Below, in pieces: positions 28,400 to 41,460 of a stretch of 64,000 nucleotides of DNA; the first letter of the stretch is position 1, and every line of letters begins with the position of its first letter. Origin of the DNA: the human T2T-CHM13v2.0 reference genome, Homo sapiens; assembly GCA_009914755.4 (NCBI GenBank), contig CP068257.2, positions 13,696,001-13,760,000 on the forward strand. Direction: 5' to 3'. Made by a program: the position numbers and the translations under genes. Below the pieces are notes generated by a model that had not been told where the DNA came from, made no database searches, and saw nothing but the letters and a program-made list of their open reading frames with translations.

Positions 28400-29160
28400 A
28401 GTATGCTTTTGTGTTTTTTAACAGTTTTATTGAGACATAATCTACCTACCATATAATTCACCCATTTAAAGTGTATCATTCAGTAGCTTTTAGGATATTC
28501 ACAGCATTGTGCAAACAACACAACAATCAATTTTAGAACTTTTTAAGAAAAGCACCACAGAAAGAAACCCTGTATTCCTTAGCCAATACCCTCCAATCCC
28601 TGCTTGCTTACTCTAGTACTAGCCAACCACTAACCTACTTTCCATCTCTCTAGATTTGCCTGTTCTAGACATGTTATATAAATGGTATCAAAAATATGTG
28701 GTCCTTTGTAACTGCCTTCTTTCACTTAGCATGAGGTTTTCCAGGTCAGTACATGCTACAAAAAAACAAAACAAAACAAAACAAAAAACTCTTTATTTCT
28801 TTTTATGGCCAACTAATATAAAAAGAAACTTCATTTCTTTTTGTGGCTAAATAATATTTCATTGTTATGTATACAACATGTTTTATTTATACATCCATCA
28901 CTGAGGCACATTTTTGGGGGGTTGTTTCCACTTTTTGGCTATTTTAAATAAAGCTGCTACAAATATTTAACTCTAAGTTTTTACATGGACATATATTTTC
29001 AGTTCTCCTCAGTACATGGCTAGGAGTGGAATTGCTGGGTCATATGGTAATTCTTTGTTAATTTTTTAAGAAACTGCCACTTTTTTCCAAAGTGTTCGGA
29101 CAATTTAGCATTTAGCAAAGTGCTTCACAAGCATTATCTCCAATGTGTTTTTTAAATTAC
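28400..29160 (-). mobile_element. Ancient L1 (L1M-type) 3'UTR / ORF2-end fragment
   Basis: cagttttattgagacataatctacctaccatataattcacccatttaaagtgtatcattcagtagcttttaggatattcacagcattgtgcaaac ... tggctaggagtggaattgctgggtcatatggtaattc matches the reverse complement of the L1 3' region. Confidence 0.65.
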
Positions 29161-29984
29161 TTCTTGGGAAAAATAAGTATGGAAGGCAGAATAGCGCATA
29201 CAGTTTAACTTCTGCTTTCTATGTCCTGACACTATCTTTGGAGAAAGGTGACACTATCTTTAGAGAAGAGGTCGGATTTAGAAGATATGCTTTCAAGTCT
29301 CAGTTCCATATCCAGTAAGCTGGATGACTTAATAGATACTTAACTTTTCCTTGACTCAGTGTATGCATCTGTGAAATTGGAATATTGAAGTACTCCACCT
29401 GTTTTACATGATTGTTTTAATGGTGAAAAATAACAGATTTGAAAAGATTAATATGCTGTGGAATTGTAGGGCTGCAAAATTATTATTATTATATCTATTA
29501 TCTATTTAAAGAATCGTGCAAATTTTTTTACTTATACTTAAATTTCCTTGCACTTATTCCCTGTTTTTTAAAAGATACCTGTTATTTTTTCTCTTAATTT
29601 TTTATGGGTTTTGCTCATCACTTTCTAAAGAACCCCAAGTAAGGGGTTTGTGATTAATTACACACGATGATGGAATAAAGTATTTAGGGATGAGAGCACC
29701 TTAATTTAATAACTGACCTTGATTTACAGACAAAATGTAATGCATTTTAAGGTAGAAGTCTGACTTAGCACAATGCCTGCCCTTCAAATTTGATGTCTCC
29801 TAGTATGTGCATTAATAATATGAAAGCTGTCAGTCAGACGGTTCTGATTGAAAATATCCTCCCAGTTGATTCACTGTCAACATTTCAGTCCCCTGAATAA
29901 ACTCTCTTTTATACACAAAATCTAGAACAGGTTGCTTTCTGTATTTTTTCAAAAGGTTTTTTTTTTCTTTTTTTTTTTCGAGTT

Positions 29985-30430
29985 TAAACTTTTAATGGAT
30001 TGAGCAGCCCTCGCCTAACAATCCCAGTGTGCCCTTTGGGGAAAGATTTCCATTTGCCTACTCTTTATAGCAATGCTCCTGAGCCCTCTGTGGCTTGTTT
30101 CCCTTGGAGACCATATTCCACGGTTGAGAGACCCTGTGATAGAATAATCTGATGACTGTGGCGTGGCCGAGGTCTGATGTGTAGAAGTCATTGTACCAGT
30201 TGACGGTTCGGTTGCTCTTTTACATTTTCTGGAGGAACTAGGTTGGAAAGAAAAACATGGAGGCAGAAAGCATGAATGATTTTTGTAGGTTTGGTCTTCT
30301 TAAAGCTGGCTTTGTATCTGTTGGAGATGACAGACGGGAGAGGGCTGATCCAGGAAGAACTGTTATTTCTGTAATTAAAAAGAAGCAGAATCAGAAGAGA
30401 AGAGCCATTGTTCAGGCTGGGTTGGAATTA
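29985..30430. promoter_or_regulatory. Unique block with non-depleted CpG; candidate conserved non-coding element (or unannotated exon)
   Basis: About 16 CpGs in ~440 bp of AT-moderate unique sequence, e.g. ttcgag, ctcgcc, ccacggttg, ggcgtggccgagg, gacggttcggttg, gacagacggg. Background unique sequence here runs about 1 CpG per 90 bp. Confidence 0.3.
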
Positions 30431-31009
30431 CAGTACATGCTTAATTACCAGCCTTTTTTCCTAGTTATTTTAATGTTTTATTAATCCTGTTCCTCAAAAT
30501 ATCTTCTTTCATTTACAACCACTGACAGAAAAAAAAATGTGACAATTTGTTTTCCTTTGTGCTTGGTAGATGGCATTCTCTAACACTATGGGTCAACATG
30601 ACCTTAACTTGAGTTTTATTATGTGATACCTACAATGGTGTCTTATCCGTGCCTCCTACTCTTTTGTGTTTATATAATTTTTTTAAATTACTGTGGATCA
30701 GTGGACCTTAACCCTTAGAAGTCAAAAATCAAATTTTGAGTGGTTAGCAGTTATTTGCTTACATTTCTTCTGAACTGAAATTACAAAAAAAAATCACTTT
30801 TTTGGGGGGAGAGAGGGATAAAAAGTGAAGGAATTAATTGGTAACTAGTGGTGTTCATATGAATTCACTTACCATCTCAACTTCAAATAACTAAAACCTT
30901 GTTAAGGAAATAAATTGGATGTATTAAGGTGAGGCTAAAGTATTGGAGGATATTTACAAAGAAGACTAATCTACTTTGGAGATATTTTTAATATAGATGA
31001 GTTTTACTT

Positions 31010-31560
31010 CAGTGGTTCTCAAAATGGAGTCCCCATACTGGCAACAGCAACCGAACCTGGGAACTTGTTGGGCATGTAAATTCTCTGGTTCCACCCACAA
31101 CTACTGAAGCAGAGTTTGTGGAAATGGGATCCAGTAATCTTTTGTGTTAACATCCTTTTCAGGGGATTTTGATGTTTAGGAGTTACTCCTCAGCTCATTG
31201 ATTCTCAAACTGGCTTTACAGAAGAATCACGTGGAGAACTTTCCAATACATCAATGCTCAGGTTTTGCCCAAGACCACTTACATGAGAATCTTCTGGGAG
31301 TTGAAACCGGGCATATTTTTTACAGACTCCCCAATTGATCCTAAAGAGCAGCCAGGCCAGGGTACAGAAGAATATATCTCAACCCTAGTTGCACTTTACA
31401 ATTTCCTAGGGAGATTTCAAAATGTCCTGATCTCAAGGTATCCCTCTATACATAATTAAACAGGATCTCTGGGGATGAGACTGCTATCTATCAGAAGTTC
31501 CTGTAAAATTATCCTACACAGTCAGGGTTGAGAGCCAATACGTTTGCTGAAGTTATTTGA
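31010..31560. mobile_element. MER20-like non-autonomous hAT DNA transposon, two adjacent units
   Basis: cagtggttctcaaaatggagtcccc...aacctgggaacttgttgggcatgtaaattctctggttccacccacaactactgaagcagagtttgtggaaatgggatccagtaatcttttgtgttaacatcc...gattctcaaactgg. A second unit follows, ending ...aatctctggggatgagactg...cagggttgagagccaat. The 5'/3' partition of the second unit is uncertain. Confidence 0.5.
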
Positions 31561-34119
31561 ATGGACTAAATGATCTCTCCAGATCTGTTCTCTTGATGCA
31601 GTTCTTTAAATTTTGTTCCCACTTAGCACATTTTTCAGTTTAGTTCATTTTTTCCTCTGACTTTGTGGCATTTTAATTTCCCATTGTGGTGAATTAACTA
31701 AATGTGAGCTTGTTTTTAACAAAAGAGGAGTCCATGCATGGACCACCATGGATAAAAGGAAAAGATTAGGGTCAGACATGCACAGGTGGTGAAAGCCAAC
31801 CACATGAGGAGTTTTCAGGTTATATGATAATTGATATAATGGAACAAGCCCTTTCTTGAAACAGAAGCCATCTCCACATTTAGAGCAGAGTAAGAACTTG
31901 TCCAGGTTGCCTTCGGAGTCTCTAGCTCCATCACGCAAAAGTGAGTAAACAAATAAAATACAAGATATCCACATCTTTCCATTTTGAGCCCATAGGTCTA
32001 TTAGATACCAAGCAAAGCAGACTGGTATTGATACTTTGTCTCTCCCAATAAACTAGTCAACACAAAGGCCACCTTAAAATATAATAACATACAACTTTGT
32101 TCTAATTCATCATGCAAAGTTCAATGAATGCTTCACAATAGGGAGTTTTCAAAGATTCTTTGATGAGTGGGATGGACTTTCTGAGTCTGATGCACAAACA
32201 CTCATCTAGGTCATTCATAATTATTACCTCTTCTTAATTTCCTGTTAGGAATCTACTGCCAAACCCTATGTTTTCCTGAGAATGGCTGTGGAGGTCACCA
32301 TTTATCTTCTATTCACATTTGCCACTACTCCAAGTCTCCATCTCCCAAATCAGTATTACTCTCATCATCTGTTTAACATGCCGTTCTGCCCCAGTGTGTC
32401 CTACTTCTGATATCATCTTGCAAACACAGCAGCCAGAGAGAATCATACTAAAGCACTGCTTTGTCATGTTACTACCCTAAAATGGCTCCAAATTTCCTTT
32501 AAGGTAAAGTGAAAGTAACTGTGGATCTCAGATTCTCCCTAAATGAATGCAATCCTTCTCTCCAATTTTTATGCTGGTTCCTAAGGCAAACTCGTAGCTC
32601 CAGTGAGCTGGTCATCTTGTTCTTTTCCATATATGAAAAAATTCTGTTGTCGTGACATAGAAGCTCAGCTGTGCCTTCTACCACCCACCTAATGTCTTCG
32701 TCTATCCAAGTTGTATCTACACTTTTGAGTTCAGATAAAATCTCAAATCCTGCATCATATCATTTGTTTCTCTTTGAGGTTCTCTGAGCACTAAAATTCT
32801 CAACTTCTGCATTCACTGGCCTTCTTCTCCTATGCCCTGCTGGTGCACCTAAAGTTCTTATCACAGAAATCAGTCCTTCATTGCCCTTTCTGTGGATAAA
32901 GATGCTCTCATTCAAGATAAATTTTACAGAGCTCCTTCTTCAATTTCAAATGTTTCCATTTATCTCCTAAGTAAACTGTAACTTCCGTGATGGAACCCAC
33001 ATTTTCATCCAGTGCTAACTTTATAGTAGGCACGTCTATGGATTTTACATGGATTTTTTAATATTATTTCATCCATTCTTACTAATCTAAGATGTAAATA
33101 TTATTATTATCTGAACTTCACAGATAAAGGAAGTGAGACAGTGAAGTTGTAAAAAGCCAGATTTACCCTAAAGAAAGAGCTATCAAGTGGAGAAGCTAAA
33201 ATTCAGATTCTCCTCTCATTCCAAAGCCCATGATCTTTCCCTGACAATATCAAACATCTTCCAAACTATCCTTTAAATCTTTATGACTGAGTTTAAATTA
33301 TTTAGATGTTTAGAACAAAATACCATTTTGTAACAAGAAGTTTTTTTTTAAATCTCAAATCTTTCTTAGGCAAACAGAATTGCAGTTAAAAAATTAAAAA
33401 AAAACATGAATGTTATGAAGTAGAATAAATAATTTTCTATTAAATAGAAATGGCTAGTGTTGATGATCATGGCATGTTGCCAGTGTGTAATGAGTCTGAG
33501 AAATCAAAACCTCAGAAGCTGAATCAAGCCAAACCCCTGAACTGGCTAAATGATATATTCTGAAGGATACATGAGGAGGAAAAATGAAGGGTGGGAGTTT
33601 TCCAAGGTTAATTACAGAACAATCATCTAGGAACAAGGCAGTGAGAACAGGGAGGTCTGGTATGCAATGTATGCTGAAGGGCTGGAACCAACACATTGAA
33701 GATATTATTCAAGTACAGTTCATTATTTAAGAACCCATTGCCCTCTGAATACTTTAAAGGTCGGGGTCAACTTTATACCAGACTTCATTTGCATTCTTTG
33801 TTAATTTAGAAATGTTCTCTTGAGTACCTCTTTAAGCCTCTCATTGTATAGTGTATAGGTACTCTATTATAAACATTCAGATTAATCAGCCAACTTTACC
33901 CAGGCCATGGTCTTTTTCTTGGCATTGTGCTAGGTGACCCAGAAAGTGCATAAATGTAAGATATATATGATATGATATTATAGATAGATGAATAGATACT
34001 ATTTATTAAGCATCTATTATATGATCAATACTTATGATATTTTCCATAACCTTCTGTTACATGTGGAAGGTAGAGGGAGTAGCAGCTTCCATTTTACAAA
34101 CAAAGAAACTGAGGTATAA

Positions 34120-34506
<387 letters not shown>

Positions 34507-34600
34507 TCTCTCTTTCTCTTTTAAAACTTGATTTTCTTTTACCTCAAGATAAATTTCATTACGCTGGGGAACAAACAGCTCCAAAATTTCATCACCCAGC

Positions 34601-34762
34601 AACTCTCCAAGGCAACTGTCCTCTTGTGGAGGCTCCGCATTGCAGGCTGCCAGGCTCGCAAAGCACCTCCACATCTACAGGAACTCTCCAAGGCAACTGT
34701 CCCCATGTGGAGGCTCCGCATTGCAGGCTGCCAGGCTCGTAAAGCACCTCCACATCTACAGG
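34601..34762 (+). repeat. Tandem duplication, 2 x 81 bp, ~95% identical
   Basis: aactctccaaggcaactgtcctcttgtggaggctccgcattgcaggctgccaggctcgcaaagcacctccacatctacagg is repeated immediately with 4 substitutions (ctcttg>cccatg, cgca>cgta). Confidence 0.9.
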
Positions 34763-34909
34763 GGCTTCCACAGCGGGGAAGAGTGTGGGGAGACACACAC
34801 CACTCTACATGCCTCAACTCAGAAGGGACGCCCTCCATTTCTGCTCTCATTTTGTTGCCCAATGCAAGTCACATGGAAACACCTAAATTCAAGGAGGTAT
34901 TTGCTTGTG

Positions 34910-35765
34910 ATATGGAGAGGAGGCAGGGAAATACTGGGTAGAAGAGGACAGTTCCCTGGCAAAAGCAACGGTAGTAGAACAGTGGGGAGAGGGGGAGGGC
35001 ATTAAGCAATTTCAGTAATTCAGGATGAGATAATTGCATCTTGAGCCATTGTAATTCCACTCTCAAGCCTGGAAACCCATGATCCTAATTAGGAACAGGC
35101 ATTCTTGTTTTCAAGCCTAAAAGTTGCCTTTTGGCCCGCCCCATTCCCCTCTTCTCTACCCATATAAACCCCAAACCCCAGGCTCCATGAGCAGAAGATA
35201 AGAGGGGCAGAAGAGCAGCAGAGTAGCAGAGTGGTGTGGCAGAGAAGGAGAGGAGAAAAGGAGTATCTGAACATCGAGAGGAGTTTGTCTGGGGGCATTC
35301 AGAGAGGAGATCAGCAGCAGGAAGGCTGATCTGGTGAAGATCATCTTCCCACTCCATCCCATTTCCAGCTCCCCATCCATCCCGCTGAGAACCACCTCTA
35401 TCCAGCAATAAAATCCCCCACATTTACCATCCTTCAATTTGTTCATGTGGCTTGATTCTTCCTGGATGCCAGACAAGAACTTAGGTAGCAAGAGGGCACT
35501 GAGCCGGCTAACACTTAAGCCATCTGTGAATGACAGAGCTAAAAGAGCACTGTAACACACCCACTGGGGCTTTGAGAGTCACAGGCACCCACGCCTAGAT
35601 GCTACCATGGGGCCACAGCCCAGAAGCGCTCACCCTGGCTCCTGCACCTGCCCATCTGTGTGTTCCCCCTCCCATAACGGGTTTGAGTATGTGGCAGCTG
35701 AACACACAAACCGTGCCTCTGTTGCATGTCCTGTCAGGGGAGTCAGGGAGCTCTCTCATTTCACT
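34910..35765 (+). mobile_element. ERV-type LTR, copy A (unclassified family), with a ~95-bp foreign insert at 34966-35062
   Basis: Collinear with copies B and C. Has a TATA-like ccatataaacc near 35160, a polyA signal caataaaatcc near 35408, then ...gccatctgtgaatgacagagctaaaagagcactgtaacacacccactggggc...gggtttgagtatgtggcagctgaacacacaaacc...gggagctctctcatttcac. Confidence 0.6.
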
Positions 35766-37149
35766 TGGAAAGAGATAATGACAAATCTCAAAAATATACA
35801 TTATACCTCCATGAAATACATTGTATTACAACAATATACCTCAACAATTTATATTCTGTTTCAATTCAATAGGTAGGTAGTAAGTCTTTACTTAAAATGT
35901 TTTGCTAAGAGCAAAAGTGATAGGACTTGGTTCCTGATATGAAGGGATTGACAGTCTGATAAGGATAGTAAATCCTATAAAAATAAAATGTATTAACAAA
36001 GAAGGACAAGGAATATTTGAACTCAGAAGAAATAAAGGCAACTTGGATCTGGGGATATTAAGGAAGGTTTAAGGCATTTAAATGGTTTTTTTGGAGAATT
36101 AGTAGGATTTTATTAGGAAATACAAGGAAGAAAGTCCTTCTAGATGAAGAAAGAAAAGGGATAAAGATGTAATAGGACATTTTACTTGTGGCATAGCTAC
36201 CAAGGGCAAGTGACTTAAGACATCCTCCTCCTCCATCCCTGGGGCAAAGCAAGGCTTCTTCAGTGGTGATGGGAAGGGACAGGAAATTTGTAAGAGTTCC
36301 CTGCCCTGTGACTACCTGCTTTGTCTGGTTTTTGCTTTCACACTGCTTCCATTAACATATTTTTATCATAGCCAGCACAAGGAATATTCTAGAGTATTAT
36401 GTTATTTTGTGTTTAAAGGGTCCTACTTTTGGAAAATATTTATAAGGGGAGATGACCCTCCTGGCTCCATAAACAGCTACTCATGTGCCCCTTCCCCAAC
36501 ATATTCATTCACTTTTGGGTTTGGAGGCCACTGAAAAGTGGCCTGAAACTGATTTCTAATTAACCAACCCAGGAAGCTGAGAAGTCACACACAGGTAAAG
36601 GGATTGGACCTCTGACCAACTCGGAGATTCATGGAGAACATGTCAATGGAATGGAATAGCTATTGTCCCAAAGCCAGAAATGATAACGGAAATTCTAATA
36701 GAAAACTTACTATATGTAAACAGAGATTTTGAACTGAAAGGCTGGACTCAATGTCCAAGATATAGGTAATGCATGCGCCAGGTATATACTCAACTACTAT
36801 GAAATTATTCCTAACTCAGGCCTGGAGATGGGTTATGGAACCTGGAAGAAACGCTCAGTTGTCTGATTTGAAAGTGCAAAGGCCAGTGCTTACTCAGAAA
36901 CACTGCTAAGTGTCCCACAAAACTGGTGAAACCATTTAGAGGAGACCCTCAGGAAAAATTCTGTGTGGCAGCCACAACTGCCATCCATCTAGCTCAAGTG
37001 GCCAGTCACACGTCACACTTCCATTGCATCAGGTTCACATAACCTTCTCATGAAGTAAATTTTCTGGTGATGGAGAGACAGATCGTATAGAAATACATGT
37101 GTATAACAGTTAGTAAGTCAAATGATAGAAGTTGCTGTGGAGATAAACA

Positions 37150-38060
37150 TGGCAAGGAAAAGAGGCAGGGCACATCTGTGAGAGTTTACAATTTTTAATA
37201 GAATGATCAGAAAAGATCTCACTGAAAGGTAAGTTTGATAAAAGGTTACAGGGAGTGAGGGCGCAAGCCCTGTGTTTCCTTAGGGCAAGAACATTTTAAT
37301 CAGAGAGAAAAGCAAATGAAATTTCTGCAACAGAAGCATGCATGTTTGTTTTCAAGGAACACTGGAATCTAGTGAGGCTGGGGTGGAGTTAGCAAGGGGA
37401 GAGTTTACCAAAAGAAGTCAGAAAGACAGCAGTTTGTGCAGTGCATTATAAAGACTTTGGCGTTTACTCTGGAGATCTAGAAACTTTTTAAAACATTTTG
37501 AGCCAAGATGTGATATGAAAAGGCTGACATATTTCAAAGGCTCTCCCAAGCCGCCATGTTGAGATTAGACAACAGCAGAGCAGTAGTACAACGGTGGGGA
37601 GTGGGGGAGGGCATTAAGCAATTTCAGTAATTCAGGTATGAGATAATGGCATCTTGAGCCATTGTAATTGTGGAGCTAATGAGAGGTGGTCACATTTTAG
37701 ATACGTTTTGAAGGTGAAGTTGTCAAGATTTGCCGAGATTTGCATGTGAGATGAGAAACAAGTGCCCAGAATTACACCAAAGTTTTTAGTCTCAGAAATG
37801 GAAAGGATAAAGTTGTCATTAACTGGAGTGGGGAAGACTATGAGAGGAGCAAGGTGTGGGGAGTAAAATTGTGACTTATGTTTTTGGAACATCCAAGTGG
37901 AGATATCAACTTGATGTGTGAATCTGAAGGTCAAAGGAGAGGTCCAAGCTAAAAATGTAAACTTAGGGGTCATCAGGATGTGGATGGTATTTTAAAAAAT
38001 AAGCATGGACTATATCACTGAAGAGTCAATGTAATGGGAGAGAGGTTGGAAGACTGAGCC
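37150..38060 (+). mobile_element. Unclassified interspersed repeat, copy 2 (same family as 11690-12230)
   Basis: ...ccaagtggagatatcaacttgatgtgtgaatctgaaggtcaaaggagaggtccaagctaaaaatgtaaacttaggggtcatcaggatgtggatgg...gactgagccctggaccactgcaatatttagaggtc. Its 5' segment 37565-37660 is duplicated inside LTR copy A. Confidence 0.4.
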
Positions 38061-40152
38061 CTGGACCACTGCAATATTTAGAGGTCTACCTAGTTCTCGA
38101 AAGTCAGCCCGGAACCAGATTTTACAGGGTAGACTGGGATATACGCCCCATAGTAAGATATCAGTTTAGGTCTTAGTCACATGACGATGTCTGTATGCTT
38201 TTACAACCCTAGATTAAATGCTTGATATGAGCCACAGCCCCAAACAATGATAATCAGTAATATCTTTCAAGCCCACCCCAGCCTCCTAAACCCTTAGACC
38301 ATTTTATATAAACACTCTTAGGCTTTAGCCCAGTTGCCTATTCATAGCTTTAGTCCCACTTAACACTTTGTGTTGTCTTCCATTTATGTACATAGAAATA
38401 TTTGTTTACCTTGTTTGTGAGCATGATTGTGTAATTGATTTCCATTTTGTATTTTATCTGTGCATGTGCTTGAATCAGAAGTATGTGACGGAATAAATTT
38501 ACTAGTCCATCTTGACCTCGTCTTTTCATAGGCATTCAGTACAGTTGGCTTCTTCTTTCTTGCTGAACACTTTCTTGGCAATGGCTTCTATTCCACCACA
38601 TGATCCCCATTTTCTCCTGCTTTCAGGGCTATTTCTCTGGTCCTTTGCTATTTCACTTTTCCTATCCTAGAACTCTAAATGTGGGAGTTTCTTAGGGCTT
38701 ATTCTCCAAGCCCTCATCTTCACAATCTATACTCTCTCCTTCAACAATCTCATCTGTACATCTGGTTTGAAATACCATTTATATGCTAATTACTTTCATA
38801 TTCATATCTCCCTTCCCGGCCTCTCTTCTAAACTCCAAACTTGAATATTTACCTACATACACATTTGATTCTTAGAAGCACCCCAGATTAGAGTTGTTCA
38901 AAATGAAATTTTTGACCTTTCCTTCCAATCTAGTTTTCTTCCAGTATTTCTGATTTTAGCAACCACCCAGTGGTTTATGCCAGGAAGAAGCATTTCATCT
39001 TTAACACTTTTTTCTCCTTTATTTCCGTATTCATATCACCATAAAATCTTGCAATTCAACCTCCAAAATATATGGTAAGCCCATAATTTTATAAAATATC
39101 TATGTAAGGCAAAGCCTGAAGTTCTGTGAAACAATATGAAGCTAATGGAGCCTCTTAGAAGTTGCACTGTAAATGAGTATCATTTGATCTTGGATGAAAC
39201 AAAATAAAAATATTACACCTAATTCCTTTCTTTTGGGATTGAAATGGTAAACTTCTAAAGTTAGAACGGACTTTAGGGGCATCTTGCCATATTCACTGTC
39301 TTTGTAATAAAAAACTAAAACCCAGGGAGAAAAGTGACTATCTGAGGTTCCTACAATTAGTAATGAAAGAGGATTAGCACCTACGTCTCCCAATTCAGTC
39401 CAGTGCTCTTTCACAGCACCAAATTGGCAGACATCCATGACTAAGCTCTGATAAATATGAGGCTTATGCCATACAAATAGTCTCTTTTATATCTGTTATT
39501 TCCTGAAAAAGTAAGACAAAAGTGGCTTTGTAGGTATTTGCAGCTCTGTATTAGTAGGGTGGATTTAGTTTTTGTCTTAGCATAAACATGATTTTACTTA
39601 CGAAACACTGATCTTAAAACAAATAAGCAAACTAACAAATGACCTAGCTTAAATATAGCTCAGGCTAAAGTAATGCAATTATTTTAGGTAAATGGTATTT
39701 GTATATTTGTGTAAGGTCTAAGATTTTGGAAGAAAACTTCTGGGCAATCAATGGCCTTTTGCCGTCTCTACCTCATCTCTTCCTAGACTCCATTACTGCT
39801 TTCAGAACTATTCTGTTATAAGCTTTAAAAACAGATTACCATCCTTTATTTGATACAGAAGATAATCCTGTTGATGTTTTTGAAACCAAGTTGTCTACAA
39901 ATCTGATCCACTTAAATAAAATATGATAACAAAACTGTGCCTGTCAGTCTCTGAAGAAACTGAGAGTAGAATTAACAAAATGTAATTAAGGTAATCCAAG
40001 TAAAGATTAAGGCAGTCGATGACAAAATTATTTTCCTATAGAATAGAGTTGTATTTCTGAGTGGAAGCTCAAATTCTCCTCTCTTTACCTTGGTGGAATC
40101 CTATTATTACTTTGATTCAAGTATATCTTTGCAATTAAACTGCTATTAATTA

Positions 40153-40925
40153 TATGGAAATGAGACAGGAAAATACTGTGTAGAAGAGGGCAGTTCCCCT
40201 GCAAAGGCCCCACACTCAAGCCTGAAAACCCATGACCCTAAATGGGAACAGGCATTTCTGTTTTTGCACCCAAAAGTTGCCTTTTGGCCCACCATGCCCC
40301 CCCATCTTGTACTCATATAAACCCCAGATCCCAGGTTCCAGAAGCACACAAGGCAGAGACGAACAGAAGAGTAGAAGAATGGCAGAACAGCACAGCAGAG
40401 AGAAGAGAAGGAACATCCAAATGCCAAGAAGAGTTTGGCTGGGGGCGGTCAAAGAGAGATTGGCTGCTGGATAGCCAAACTCCAGAAGATCATCTTCCCA
40501 CTCCATTCCCTTTCCAGCTCCCCATCCATCGCACTGAGAGCTACCTCCACCACTCAATAAAACCCCTGCATTTATCCTTCAAGTCCGTGTATGACCTGAT
40601 TCTTACTGAACATCAGACAAGGACCTGGGTACCAAGAGGGCACTGAGTTGGTTAACACTTAAGCCATCTGCAGATGGCAAAGCTAAAGGAGTGCACTGTA
40701 ACACATGCCATGCCAACTTTGGCTTCAGGAGTTGGAGACACCCACCCCTAGATGCTACTGTGGGATTGGAGCCCCAAAGTGCTTGCCCAAGCTCCTGCAC
40801 CTACCCATCTGCATGCTCCCCCTTCTGTAAAGGGTTTGAGTGCATAGCAGCTGAACACACAAGCCACACCCCTGTTGCACATCCTGCAAAGGGCGTCAGG
40901 GAGCTCTCTTGTTTCACTAATAGAA
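40153..40925 (+). mobile_element. ERV-type LTR, copy B (same family as 34910-35765)
   Basis: ctcatataaacccc (TATA), tcaataaaacccctgcattt (polyA signal), gccatctgcagatggcaaagctaaaggagtgcactgtaacacatgcc, gggtttgagtgcatagcagctgaacacacaagcc, gggagctctcttgtttcac. Roughly 75% identical to copy A by eye. Confidence 0.6.
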
Positions 40926-41209
40926 ACTATTAGAGTGAAATCCTATATTATTTTTAAATTCTAAGCTTGAAGTTTTAGATAAATAATATTTATCATAGGA
41001 ATGGGACTATGCAACTTAGTTCCATTAATAAAAATAGTGAAATGAAGTCTATTTGTTTTATCCAATGTAAGAATGTTTAAGAATATGCCTTTAATTGACA
41101 TCTAACTTTGGACTTTGGCAAAAGAAGAGTCATTAAAACAAATACTGTTTATGTTGTCACATACCTAATTTTGGCTGCATGTTTTAAAATCATATGGTTG
41201 TGGATCATC

Positions 41210-41460
41210 AGGGTTAAGGGTATAGACTTTAGGTTCAGAAAAATCTGGTTTAAATCTTGCCTCAGTCACTTCCTCATGATTGAACAAATTACTTAATACT
41301 TGTAAGTCTCTTTCAAGTCATCTGCAAAGCTGTAATAATTATTTCTCCCTAAGAATGTTACTGTGAATATTCAAGTAGATAATATATTCAAGGTCTTAAG
41401 CACAGTACTTAGCACATAGAAAAGGATCAAACCATAAATATTTATATGTGAATAAATTAA
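41210..41460 (+). mobile_element. MIR SINE
   Basis: ggttcagaaaaatctggtttaaatcttgcctcagtcacttcctcatgattgaacaaattacttaatacttgtaagtctc...gcacagtacttagcacatagaaaaggatcaaaccataaatattt is collinear with the MIR core plus L2-like tail. Confidence 0.7.

Noticed and set aside
30010-30235. Stop-free run of ~75 codons on the minus strand as a protein-coding exon
   Set aside because: It is low-complexity and S/T/R-rich with no recognisable domain, and the only Met-initiated stretch is ~58 aa. I report it only as part of the CpG-retaining element.
34528-35005. 137-aa and 121-aa ORFs as a coding exon
   Set aside because: The frame is kept open only because the 81-bp tandem duplication is frame-preserving. 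It continues into LTR-flank sequence and has no homology signal.
35085-35560. 134-aa and 112-aa minus-strand ORFs, and the matching 113-aa and 134-aa ORFs at 40216-40646, as retroviral genes
   Set aside because: They lie entirely within the LTR copies, which are non-coding U3-R-U5. Parallel ORFs in two diverged LTR copies reflect repeat homology, not a gene.
35765-40153. LTR copy A plus internal region plus LTR copy B as an intact provirus
   Set aside because: No primer-binding site follows copy A and I see no polypurine tract before copy B. The ~4.4-kb interior is made of unrelated repeat and unique sequence, and 70-80% identity between the copies is too low for paired LTRs of one insertion.
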